Virus record (IMG/VR): IMGVR_UViG_3300044611_000958
Strand: one strand, 5' to 3'
DNA: 64,000 nt
Origin: an uncultured virus (IMG/VR IMGVR_UViG_3300044611_000958)
Lineage: Duplodnaviria; Heunggongvirae; Uroviricota; Caudoviricetes
Part shown: piece after piece, positions 8,912 to 19,300 of the stretch
Layout: each line of letters starts with the position of its first letter
How positions within the stretch are numbered: the first letter of the stretch is position 1
Notes under the pieces: generated by a model
What the model was told of the DNA's origin: nothing
What the model saw: the letters and a program-made list of their open reading frames with translations, nothing else
The model's database searches: none
Translations under genes and position numbers: made by a program

Positions 8912-9766
8912 ATGAATATTAAAGAAAAGAAAGTAGAAGTTGAGTTATCTGAAGGTGGCAAAATTAATATATTGGTTCGTAAGCCAACAGCAAAAGACTT
9001 AAACATGGCTCAGAAAATTGGGGCCAAGGTTTGGACTGATTCTGTTAAAGACGGCTTATTTACTAAGCAAAGCCTTGCCAAATTTATGGAAGACAACAAT
9101 ATATGGAATCAACAAAAGCAAAGAGAAAGAGATACGATCACACAGTCTATCGACAATCTTGAGAAAGAATTGGCTTTAGGTAGATCTAGCGGCGGTAAGC
9201 TAAAAGTTTCTGAAGGTAAAGCAAAGGCTATTGAGCTAAGAAGATTACGTAACAATTTGCGTAATTTAATTGCTGAAAGAATATCTTTAGAATCTAATAC
9301 AGCCGAGGGATTAGCTGAAAATGCAAAATTTAATTATTTAGTTTCTTCCTGTACTTTTTATGAAGATGGCAGAAAAGTGTATAGCAATGTAGAAGAATAT
9401 AATAATAAAGCAGAAGATGAAATAGCATTCCAAGCCGCAGCCACGCTTGGCGAAATGATGTTTCAGTTAGACAAAAACTACGAGGAAAATCTACCAGAAA
9501 ATCAATTCTTAAAGAGATTTCACCTTGTTGACAACGATTTATCATTAATTGATAAGGAAGGTAATAAAGTAGACGTAGACGGAACAAGAGTAAATGAAGA
9601 TGGCTGGTTAATTAATGAAAAGGGAGAAAGGATAGATAGAGAAGGCAACTTGTTATCAGAGGCTGGATATTTGATACTTCAGGCTGATTATGAAGATGAT
9701 GTCAATTTGGTAGATTCAGAACCAAAGACTAAGAAAAAGAAAGCAAATAAAGAGACTGAAGAATAA
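8912..9766 (+). CDS. putative tail assembly chaperone (paralog B)
   Basis: 'ILVRKPTAKD' N-terminus typical of tail chaperones; C-terminal D/N-x-x-G beta-hairpin repeats; directly upstream of the TMP. Confidence 0.55.
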   Translation: MNIKEKKVEVELSEGGKINILVRKPTAKDLNMAQKIGAKVWTDSVKDGLFTKQSLAKFMEDNNIWNQQKQRERDTITQSIDNLEKELALGRSSGGKLKVSEGKAKAIELRRLRNNLRNLIAERISLESNTAEGLAENAKFNYLVSSCTFYEDGRKVYSNVEEYNNKAEDEIAFQAAATLGEMMFQLDKNYEENLPENQFLKRFHLVDNDLSLIDKEGNKVDVDGTRVNEDGWLINEKGERIDREGNLLSEAGYLILQADYEDDVNLVDSEPKTKKKKANKETEE

Positions 9767-9822
9767 TTTTTTAAGCGGACAGATAATAAGATAGTGCGAA
9801 TATAACTTAGATAAGGTATACT

Positions 9823-12800
9823 ATGGCTAGATTCGTGCTAACGGCAGAACTATCTTTACAGGCTCCTAGAAACGTAGCTCAAGTCGTTCAACAGATACAA
9901 AGTCAGTTGAATGGCGTACAGGTGAATGTACAGGTACAGGGTGCTAGACAGGCTCAAAGAGATGTTGAGCAATTAGCCCGTTCTGCCGACAGGGCAAATG
10001 ACTCATTCTTTAGAATGGGTAGAACTTTTACTGCCTCAGTGCGAAGATTTTCAGCCCTAGCAATAGCGACTAGGGCTGTTAGCTTATTTACCAATACTTT
10101 AAGTAGCGCAATTGAAGAAGCTATTAGCTTTCAGCAAGAAGTTGTAAGACTTTCTCAGGTTACTGGCAACAGTATTAGTAGCCTATCCAAGTTGACAGAT
10201 GAAATTACAGACTTAGCAACAACCTTGGGCGTATCTTCTGACAAGCTTTTAACTGTAACAACAATCTTAGCCCAAGCAGGTTTGTCTGCTGAAGATACTA
10301 GAGTCGCTTTAAGTGCTTTAGCTAAAACAGAATTAGCACCAACGTTCGGTAATATAACTGAAACGGCAGAAGGCGCGGTTGCCATTTTGGCACAGTTTAA
10401 ACTGGGCGCTGGAGCATTAGAAGCTCAGTTAGGTTCTTTAAACGCTGTTGCTGGAAAGTTTGCTGTAGAATCTGGAGACTTAGTAGAAGCTATTCGTCGT
10501 ACTGGTGGTGTGTTTAAGGCTTCAGGTGGCGATTTAAATGAATTAATTTCGTTGTTTACTAGCGTTAGAGCAACAACGAGAGAATCTGCCGCCACAATTG
10601 CTACTGGTTTAAGAACTATCTTTACAAGAATACAGCGCCCCAAAACTATTGAATATCTTAAACAATTTGGGGTTAATTTAACAGACCTTGAGGGCAAATT
10701 CGTTGGCCCGTTTGAGGCAGTTAGAAGACTTAGTGAGGCTTTGGCTGGGCTAGAAGAGGGCGACATTACGTTCGTTAAAGTTGCAGAAGAGTTGGGTGGT
10801 TTTAGACAGATTGGTAAAGTTATTCCATTGCTAAGAGAGTTTGCTACTGCGCAAGCTGCACTTAAGGTTGCTCAAGAGGGGTCTGGATCATTGGCAAAAG
10901 ATCAAGCGACCGCACAGCTAGCATTGGCTGTTCAAATAACCAAAGTAAAAGAAGAATTTTTTGCTTTAGTGCGAGGTTTTACAGAGACTTCTACATTTAG
11001 AGCAATGGCAGATGTGCTTCTTAAATTAGCAAGTGCATTTATACAGTTGGCAGAATCTATTAAGCCCATCCTTCCTGTTTTAACGGCTTTTGCTGGTATT
11101 AGAATTGCTCAAGGTATTGGCGGTCTTATGGGTGGCATTCTTGGAAGAGCTAGGGGAATGTCTACTGGTGGAAAAGTTTTAGGTTTTGCAAGAGGTGGAA
11201 TGGTTCCTGGGTCTGGCAATTCTGACACTGTTCCAGCAATGTTAACACCCGGAGAATTTGTTATTCGCAAGAGCAGCGTACAAAAACTTGGCGCTGGCAA
11301 TCTTGCGGCTATGAATGAGAATAGATATGAAAAGGGTGGGCCAATGACCGTTGCTCAAAAATTAGCAATGGCTAGAGGTTCACAGAAAATACAAAAAACA
11401 GAAGATAAAGGTAAAACTAAGTCATATAATGACGGTCAAAGTGCAGCTATAAAATTTTCTGTTGATGATGGTAGTATTGGAGCCTTCTTTATGAACAAAG
11501 AAGGAACTCCAGACGGATTAAAAGATTTCAAGAAACAAAAGTTTACTATTACTAATGATAAGATATTATCTTTACCGGGAATTTCTCCAAAAGAAGTTAG
11601 ACCAAAAGATAAGCAAGGAAGAGCATTGCCAAGACTTTCTGGAGAAAAACAGAAATTTACAGCTAATGGTATACTAGAAGCTGGAAAGATTTCAACATTT
11701 TATCCATCTATAGGAGATATAAAATCTGGTTCTTTGAGTCAGATTGTACAAAATAATGTAAAATCTAAGCTCTCCGAAGCTGTTATATCTGTAGCTAATG
11801 AAATTTCTTCTAAAAAACTATTGGATATTCCTCCAATTGACAGTAATGAAGCCTTATTGTCCGCTGCTGCCCAACGAATTCAATCTGATGCTGGCGCTAT
11901 AAAAACTACGTCTGGTTATTTATACGAAGGTGTTATAGACGCTTTAACTGGAGCAAGGCCAGCTTCTGGTAATGCTGTATTTGATTTTCCAGCCTCTTCT
12001 TTGCAAGGGAATAGAAGTAGACTAGCAGCTTTATTTGGTAATCAAGCTGGTATATCGAAACTAAAACAAGCTGATGCTAAAGCTTCTTATTCTAGTAAAA
12101 TTATAGACGGAGACAAAGGTAGCATCTCTAGCAAAATAATTAACTCTATTAATAATGGAGTTTTAGCTGGTATAAAAATACAGAAAAAACATCTTGGTGG
12201 TATTATTCAAAAATTTGCAACAGGTGGAGCCGTTGGAACCGATACGGTTCCAGCGTTATTAACTCCCGGCGAGTTTGTTATAAATCGCAAGTCTGCACAG
12301 TCCATTGGATACGGCTCATTGAACAGGATGAATAAGGTTGGAAAATATGCTAAGGGTGGCACTGTTGGCTTTCAAAGGTTTGCAGCTGGTGGCAAATCTG
12401 TAGGAAATCCCACATCGGTCGATCTTCCTTTTCAAAAAGTATCTACAAATTTTTCCACACTAGATAAAGCCATTATCAAGTTTGCTTCTTTCTTAGATAA
12501 AGTAACTATGGGCGGTTCGACAAAACTTGGAATTGTTCTTGAATCGGCGGTTTCGTCTTTTCAGGGCGTGGAAAGTTCTAACGAAAAGTACAAACGTCAA
12601 TTACACTATTTAAATAGCGTTTTACCCACATTTTCAAATGTATTAGACAGCAACGCGAAGCATAATAGAAGATCAGTCGTTATGCAGATGGAGCTTGTTT
12701 CTCAGATAAGCCATGGTATTAAACATTTACAAGACAGTGGCCGTAGTCAGCAAGAGGTTAGAAGAGCAGCTATAGATTATGCTAATACTTTAGCAAAAAA

Positions 12801-15800
12801 TTCAAGAGATATAATTGCCGCTAAGTCGGGTGCTGCGCTCACCGGTTCTCAGCAAAGTTCTGGAAGCTTACCGCCAGCTGGTTTTAGACCAATGGGTTCT
12901 CCCGGCTCTCTTCCCGTTATGAATGCTGGCCCATCCACATCTCCAGAGTCTACAGCTGTTAAAGATAGATCTATGCAAATGGCAACGGCTTTAGCGGCAG
13001 CAGGAACAGCAATTGGTTATTTTCAAACAGAAATTACTGAAAGCAGCAGTACTGCTGCTATTTTTACTAACAACGTTCTATCAACTGTTCAGTCATTAAC
13101 TTTAGTAGCCGCCGCGCTAGAAACTTTTGGAATTGGTTTAACCAAGGCTAATATACAGTCAGGGTTAGATTCTTTAGTTAGTAAATTTCCATCTTTAGGC
13201 ACACAACTTGATAAGTATGGAGTGACAACTGCAAATCTTGCTTCAGGTCTACAAGCTGGAGCGGTAGCCGCAGCCGCAGTAACAGCCGCTTTTAATATTC
13301 TTATGTCTACAGTTCAAGAGTCTTACAGGATAGAAAAAGAAAGACAAATGAAGGTAGCTCAATCCTCAAAGCTTGGATCTGAAGACCAAAAAAGTGCAAT
13401 AGATAAAGCTGGAAAAGCAGCGTCTGGAGAAGCCGGATTTGGTGTCCGTAATACGTTTGGAACCATTGGAGCGGCCATAGGTGGAACTATTGGAGCAATT
13501 GGAGGTGGATTAGCCGGCGCAACTGCTGGAAGCATTGTTCCATTTGCTGGAACTGCGGCTGGGGCGGCTGTTGGTGGAGCCGCTGGAGGCGCTGGCGGCG
13601 CGGCAGCTGGTGCTGGCGTTGGTGTTGCGATTGCAAATTTTGCTGGCTTTACACAAGAAGCAGCAACACTAGCGGAAGCTCAAACTAGAATTGCTACAAT
13701 TAAATTAATTTCTGATAAAGAAATGGCAGAAGCATCTAAAGATGCTAGTAAAGCTCTAAAAGATTTTCAAGATGGAACCGCTACAGCCGCTGATGTTTTA
13801 AAGTCTACAGCAAATGCCGGTCAGCTTTTATCTGCGCAACGAGAAGAAGTTTCTAAAGCCAACGAGGCTGAAAAAGCTAATGCTAACGCTGGCGGCATCA
13901 TGAGAACTTTAGGAACTTATGCTTCTTTGGGATATATGGACACTAATGAAGAAAGAAAAACTAAAGCCGATGAAAACTCTAAGATAAGAAATGAAGAATT
14001 AAAAAAGAGTGTTGATAATTATATTGAAATGAATCAAGCTGGAACCTCTGCGTTGGCTAGAGCAAATGCTGCATCTGGTCAAAGCTTTGATCAATTTTTT
14101 AATAATTTGAAAGCTACTAATGCTCCTTTAGCTGAAGCTTATTCTTCGTCTGAAGAAAATCTTAAACAATTAGAAAAAGAATTTTCTAATATAGCTAAAG
14201 AAACAGAAAGAACAAGAAAAGCCTTTGAAGCTATGAATTTGGGATTTCAGGGGGTAAATGCTACGGCGTCGGCTATGACCGTTGGCCTAGAAAATTATTT
14301 AGCTTCTCAAGAAGCTGGCAATATTGGCTTAGCGCAATCTCTAAATACTTTACAGGCTGGTTTAACTAACGCGGCTCAAGGTATATCTACAGAAGCATTC
14401 CAAGGAGCTTTAACAGACGCTGAAAATGCACTTGTTTCGATGGGTGCTACAGATGGAGAAATTGGTAAATTTAAAGAAAACATGACCGCCATAAATACCG
14501 CTCAGAAGTTCTATGCTAGCGCAACTGAAGACGCTAAAAAGAATTTAATGGCAGAATTTAAGCGTGGAGCAGCTGGAACTAGCGATCCAGGCAAGCGCAA
14601 AGAGGCTCTTTCAAGCGCAATAACTGCTCAATTAGAGGGTGCCGGTATAGGCGAAGAGGTTCGTAACAGAATTGGTGACGCTTTAGCTAACGCCGATATT
14701 AAAGACGAAGATCTACAATCAATACTAAGTGGAAACTTTGAAGTTCTAGATAAAGTTTTAAAGGATCTTGGAGAAACTACATTTGGTCAAGTCAATAAGG
14801 CTCTTGAGCAATATGTTAAATTTCAACAGCAATTAGTTAAACTAACACAAGAAAGAATTAAAATAGAGGGGCAGCTTAGAGACGCTCAAAAAAGTGTAGT
14901 AGACGCACAACTAGAAGCCGCTAAAATCTCTCAAGAATTTGGTGGAGCCGCTGTTACTCCAGATAGATCAAGAAAAGCTATTATAGATAAAGCAAATATA
15001 GACGGTCAAGGTCTTGACGTTGGAACTTTGAAAACCGGAAGTGCCGACGAAATCAAAAACAGACAAGCTAAAATAAGAAAAGAATTAGCAGATATACAAA
15101 ATATTAGGTCGGGAGCAGCTGCTGGCAATAAAGAAGATTTAGCAAAACTTCAAGGAAAAGAAGGAGCAAGACTTGCCGATGACGAAGAAAGATTAAAGAA
15201 GCTCGCTCAAGAAAATTATAATACCACAAAGGCTCTAATCGATCAGAAAAGAGAAGAGATTAAGCTTATTCAAGCAAAGAATCAGCTTGAAAAAGCCTCT
15301 ATGGACGCTCTTATCTCTGGCGATATAATGAAGTTCTTTGAAAGTCAAGCGGCAATGGGTGCGCAGGCGGCTTTAGCTACGGGCGATCAACAATTAATCT
15401 CACAATTTGACACAGCATCTCTTGGTGCCGCAACTAAAGATTTAGAAGCTCAAAAAGAAGCAGGCGTTCAGCAAAGATTTGGCAGAGATATTGGAGGTGC
15501 TGGCGGTTTAGTTGAAAGTGGCTATGCGGCCATTGGCGGTAGGGCCGGTGTCGGCATGGATACAGTACAGGCAGCTGCGAAAACAACGCCAGAACAGCTA
15601 CAGGCAGAAAAGGAAGCTAGAGACTTAGCATCTACTCTTCCAGCCAACATGGAAATATTAGCCACATCTGCTCAGAAAGACTTAGAAGCCGCAGATATTC
15701 AGATGAAAGCCGCAGAAAAACAATTAGAAGCCGCAAAGGGAGAAGTTGGGAAAAGCGCTCAAGGCCCACAACCGTTAGCTAGAGGTGGTATGGTTTATGC

Positions 15801-16326
15801 TAGCAAGGGAACGTTAGTAAATTTCAAACCAAAAGGAACGGATACTGTTCCAGCAATGCTTACACCCGGAGAATTTGTTGTTAACAGACAGGCCGTACAG
15901 CGTGGTAATAATATGGCTATTTTATCAGCCATGAATAAGGGTAAGTCGGCACCAGCCGCAACTGGCATGTCTAAGGGTGGCCAAGTTAAGTATATGCAAA
16001 CCGGTGGATTAGCCCAAGGTGGAGGTGATTCTGGTGTATCTATTAATATAGATGTTAAAGCCTTGCAGACGTTTTCAGCGTCTTTAGTTAAGTTTAATGA
16101 TGATTTAGCCACAAATATACAAAACCTAAAAGATACTAAATTTCAAATATCATTATCACCTACTAATATTAATGTGAATTTAACTGGAACGTCGTTCTTA
16201 GAACAATTAACAAATACATTAAAGCAAGAATTAATGTCTTATGTTGGAAGGGAAATTTCTCAGTACACTGTTGGAAGTGATGGAAAATTAAAGAAGAGTG
16301 GCTCTACTTTAGGAACTGGATTATAG
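9823..16326 (+). CDS. tape measure protein (2167 aa)
   Basis: N-terminal TP901-type TMP core ('LAQAGL...', 'IATGLRTIFTRI'), Ala/Gly-rich helical repeats, glycine zipper, three DTVPA(M/L)LTPGEFV modules. Confidence 0.9.
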   Translation: MARFVLTAELSLQAPRNVAQVVQQIQSQLNGVQVNVQVQGARQAQRDVEQLARSADRANDSFFRMGRTFTASVRRFSALAIATRAVSLFTNTLSSAIEEAISFQQEVVRLSQVTGNSISSLSKLTDEITDLATTLGVSSDKLLTVTTILAQAGLSAEDTRVALSALAKTELAPTFGNITETAEGAVAILAQFKLGAGALEAQLGSLNAVAGKFAVESGDLVEAIRRTGGVFKASGGDLNELISLFTSVRATTRESAATIATGLRTIFTRIQRPKTIEYLKQFGVNLTDLEGKFVGPFEAVRRLSEALAGLEEGDITFVKVAEELGGFRQIGKVIPLLREFATAQAALKVAQEGSGSLAKDQATAQLALAVQITKVKEEFFALVRGFTETSTFRAMADVLLKLASAFIQLAESIKPILPVLTAFAGIRIAQGIGGLMGGILGRARGMSTGGKVLGFARGGMVPGSGNSDTVPAMLTPGEFVIRKSSVQKLGAGNLAAMNENRYEKGGPMTVAQKLAMARGSQKIQKTEDKGKTKSYNDGQSAAIKFSVDDGSIGAFFMNKEGTPDGLKDFKKQKFTITNDKILSLPGISPKEVRPKDKQGRALPRLSGEKQKFTANGILEAGKISTFYPSIGDIKSGSLSQIVQNNVKSKLSEAVISVANEISSKKLLDIPPIDSNEALLSAAAQRIQSDAGAIKTTSGYLYEGVIDALTGARPASGNAVFDFPASSLQGNRSRLAALFGNQAGISKLKQADAKASYSSKIIDGDKGSISSKIINSINNGVLAGIKIQKKHLGGIIQKFATGGAVGTDTVPALLTPGEFVINRKSAQSIGYGSLNRMNKVGKYAKGGTVGFQRFAAGGKSVGNPTSVDLPFQKVSTNFSTLDKAIIKFASFLDKVTMGGSTKLGIVLESAVSSFQGVESSNEKYKRQLHYLNSVLPTFSNVLDSNAKHNRRSVVMQMELVSQISHGIKHLQDSGRSQQEVRRAAIDYANTLAKNSRDIIAAKSGAALTGSQQSSGSLPPAGFRPMGSPGSLPVMNAGPSTSPESTAVKDRSMQMATALAAAGTAIGYFQTEITESSSTAAIFTNNVLSTVQSLTLVAAALETFGIGLTKANIQSGLDSLVSKFPSLGTQLDKYGVTTANLASGLQAGAVAAAAVTAAFNILMSTVQESYRIEKERQMKVAQSSKLGSEDQKSAIDKAGKAASGEAGFGVRNTFGTIGAAIGGTIGAIGGGLAGATAGSIVPFAGTAAGAAVGGAAGGAGGAAAGAGVGVAIANFAGFTQEAATLAEAQTRIATIKLISDKEMAEASKDASKALKDFQDGTATAADVLKSTANAGQLLSAQREEVSKANEAEKANANAGGIMRTLGTYASLGYMDTNEERKTKADENSKIRNEELKKSVDNYIEMNQAGTSALARANAASGQSFDQFFNNLKATNAPLAEAYSSSEENLKQLEKEFSNIAKETERTRKAFEAMNLGFQGVNATASAMTVGLENYLASQEAGNIGLAQSLNTLQAGLTNAAQGISTEAFQGALTDAENALVSMGATDGEIGKFKENMTAINTAQKFYASATEDAKKNLMAEFKRGAAGTSDPGKRKEALSSAITAQLEGAGIGEEVRNRIGDALANADIKDEDLQSILSGNFEVLDKVLKDLGETTFGQVNKALEQYVKFQQQLVKLTQERIKIEGQLRDAQKSVVDAQLEAAKISQEFGGAAVTPDRSRKAIIDKANIDGQGLDVGTLKTGSADEIKNRQAKIRKELADIQNIRSGAAAGNKEDLAKLQGKEGARLADDEERLKKLAQENYNTTKALIDQKREEIKLIQAKNQLEKASMDALISGDIMKFFESQAAMGAQAALATGDQQLISQFDTASLGAATKDLEAQKEAGVQQRFGRDIGGAGGLVESGYAAIGGRAGVGMDTVQAAAKTTPEQLQAEKEARDLASTLPANMEILATSAQKDLEAADIQMKAAEKQLEAAKGEVGKSAQGPQPLARGGMVYASKGTLVNFKPKGTDTVPAMLTPGEFVVNRQAVQRGNNMAILSAMNKGKSAPAATGMSKGGQVKYMQTGGLAQGGGDSGVSINIDVKALQTFSASLVKFNDDLATNIQNLKDTKFQISLSPTNINVNLTGTSFLEQLTNTLKQELMSYVGREISQYTVGSDGKLKKSGSTLGTGL
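11224..15882 (+). repeat. three dispersed DTVPA(M/L)LTPGEFV modules in the TMP
   Basis: Similar DNA at 11224, 12241 and 15841 (ga(c/t)ac(t/g)gttccagc...ac(a/t)cccgg(a/c)ga(a/g)tttgtt). Confidence 0.85.
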
Positions 16327-16327
16327 T

Positions 16328-19300
16328 ATGCGATGTTTATTAGATGTTTCTCAGTCTAGTTCTAAATCTTTAGGTAAAATTAGAGCATTTCCCGGAGCCG
16401 ATTTAAGCCCAAAGGTACGGCTTAATAGCGGTTCTGGAAAAATAAATGCATTCTTAAGCGTTACAACCTCTCTTGGTAATGCTCGCTATAGCTCATCTCT
16501 TATTCCCGTGTTCACACAGTTTTTTGGTTCGCTGTTTGGTAATTCTGCCCCATATATAACAGCTAATAAGAATGACGGTAGAATTAAAGCAGAATCCAAT
16601 ATAAGAATATTAAATACTACAAAATACCAACTTGCTTCTGGACACCCGTTCCAGCAAGCATCTACAGAGCAAGAAGTTTTATTTCTTAAAAACAATCCAA
16701 ACACACGCTCAATTAAGACCGCCAATTTTGAATTTACATCTCTTTGTGTTAGAAGTAGAGTCTCTGGGTCTGTTAAAGTTAGTGCCAATCTAGGTGTTGA
16801 AAATTTAAATCTTAAATCTAGAATTAGTAGTGAAAGTAGTTTTAAAATTTCTGATAAGACAGAAAAATTGTCTGGACATTTAAAAACAAATATATTTCCA
16901 ACACAAAAACTATATCCTATTGCCGACGTAAGCACAAGTGGATTAATTAATCATAAGCTTGAATATGATAACTTATATCAATCTATTGATGGCGGTATCA
17001 TTGTTGGTGATTATCTAAAGCCATACGGTAACACTGTTTTAATTTCAGATGATGATAAATCTTACGTTCAATTATACAGTACATCTGGTCGTAATTCTTT
17101 TCATGTGGCTTTTGAAGTAACACCGCCAACAATAACCCCGCAGTATAGTTTATTATCTTTAAGAGCCGCCGCGCCAAAAAACACAAGAGAAACAGACGTT
17201 ACCCCGACTTATAATATTCGTAATATAAGATTTGAAGATCCATCTGGGAATATCATTGTTACATATAAAGATTTAAAAATTATAGGAGACGCTGATTATA
17301 GACAAGTTGATGTTAAAAACTATACAACATATATAACAGAGTCAGAATTTAATTTTGCTAACAGGAACACTTGGTACAAAGAATATCCAGTACTAGGCAA
17401 AGCTAGCGGCTATATTCTAAAAATGGATATTGATGCCACATGCGAAAGTAAACCTTTCAATTCGGCCTTTAATTTTTCTTATGAGAATAAATGCAAAACA
17501 GATAACGTTCAAAACAGTACTAACGATTATCTATCTATCGACGGCGCTCCATTATCTACTCAATATCAAGATTTTGAAATTAATCCAGATAATAGTTTAA
17601 GAATATCAGCTTTTGAAATTTTATGCAGTGGAACTAAGTACGGGTATTTAAAAGATTCTTATCTTAATTTCTACGTTGAAGTTCCACCAACTGGAAATAG
17701 ATTACAAAGAACTATTTACCCAGTAGAAGTATTAGACTCAAATAATACTGAGCAAGCGAACCCGCTAATTGAATCTATATGGAAGGCTTCTCCAGATCTA
17801 GATGGAAATACATCTTTTAATACTTCACAGTCTGGATCTAAAGTACTCACAAATAGACTTACTGACTATAATAAGTTTGGCTATATAACATTACAATCTC
17901 CTTCTCAGTCTGGAAAATTAAATCTTAGATTTGCCCATGAGCCACCAATATTCTTCTTGTCTAACCGTGGCGGTTCATTTAATTTCGGTAGAAGAAAATC
18001 TTCTTTTAGCAAATCGGAGTTAGCCTTTGTTCGTGGATACGATACAATATTTAACATTGATGAAATATATTTAAAAGTTATAGCAAGAAAAGAAAACGCA
18101 AACGTCCCAGACTATCCATTAGATATTATGGGTTGGAGTAAAGATTATGTTTTAAACAACACTCCAAAGGTGGGCGCGTTTTTACAAAATGCTGATACAA
18201 ACATAAGCCAATTACCAATCTCTTCTGGCTTTATGTCAACGGACGAGCTGGGTATATCTTCTGAGTCAATTTCAGATAAAGATCAATATAAGCAATATTA
18301 TACCTTAAATGATGGCGGCGACCACATATTAATATCTAGTGGATTACTTGTTAACTCTACAGATTTCAAAGAATATATAGTTCCACTAAAGATATATAAT
18401 ACTTTTGACGGTCTAGGAATTCCAACAGACTATGCTCATAGTACATTTTTTGAAAATTTATTTATTGATATCTATCCACTGCCATCCGGCGCGTCAATAG
18501 CCAGAGCAGAATTAATTGTTAAGTATGGCCCATGTAATGCCATTCCGTTATCTATTACTGGCTTTGAAGAAGAAGATTTATTTTTAAGAGAATTTGTACT
18601 ATTTCCAAATAGTAATACTACTGGACACAGACCTTTAAATATATATAGGTCAAATGAAAGATTGTCTAAACTAGATAATATACCGCATGGATTTAATAGT
18701 CCTTATAATTTAAAAACTAATTACAGCAGAAGATGGCGCGGTTCAGACGGTGCGTTTAAAAGAGGCCCGTTTGATTCAACAGAATTTGATTATTCTTATG
18801 AGCAGCTACAGCAAGACTATCCATTTACAATGGGTTATTATGATTTTAACAATCGCCACAACAACGCGATAATATCTAATATTGATGAATATAGTGGAGT
18901 TTTCATTGGAAGCGCACACAATAGTATTTACAAAAATCTTGGCTGGAGATTAAATACTAATTCTATTTATCAGAATAGAAATATTAGGTCAATAGATTGG
19001 ACTAATGAAAATCATCAGTTGTATGGAAAGATTTCTGACTCTTTTGATTCAGCAATAAGAGTTTCTGGTATTAATGGTTATTTTCAAGTTAATCCTTTTG
19101 ATATAACTGGTGGTTTTTCTGCCCACGTAAGAATTTCTCCAGACGTTACAATAAGCGGAGCTAATTATAATCTATTTAATTCTGGTGTTATTATATCTAA
19201 ATGGAATGCAGGAAGCGCCCTTGAATTTACACTGGGATATAGCGGAGGATATTTAATTGCTAGAGCTTCAGATCAGAATCAGAATTTAATCACGATTGCA

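Noticed and set aside
8577..8912. Programmed -1 frameshift in the tail chaperone region (T TTA AAA AAG near 8651; T-run near 8881)
   Set aside because: The -1 frame after 8651 stops within about 20 codons. The frame of the 8912 gene is closed by TAA (8885) and TGA (8891) just upstream of its start.
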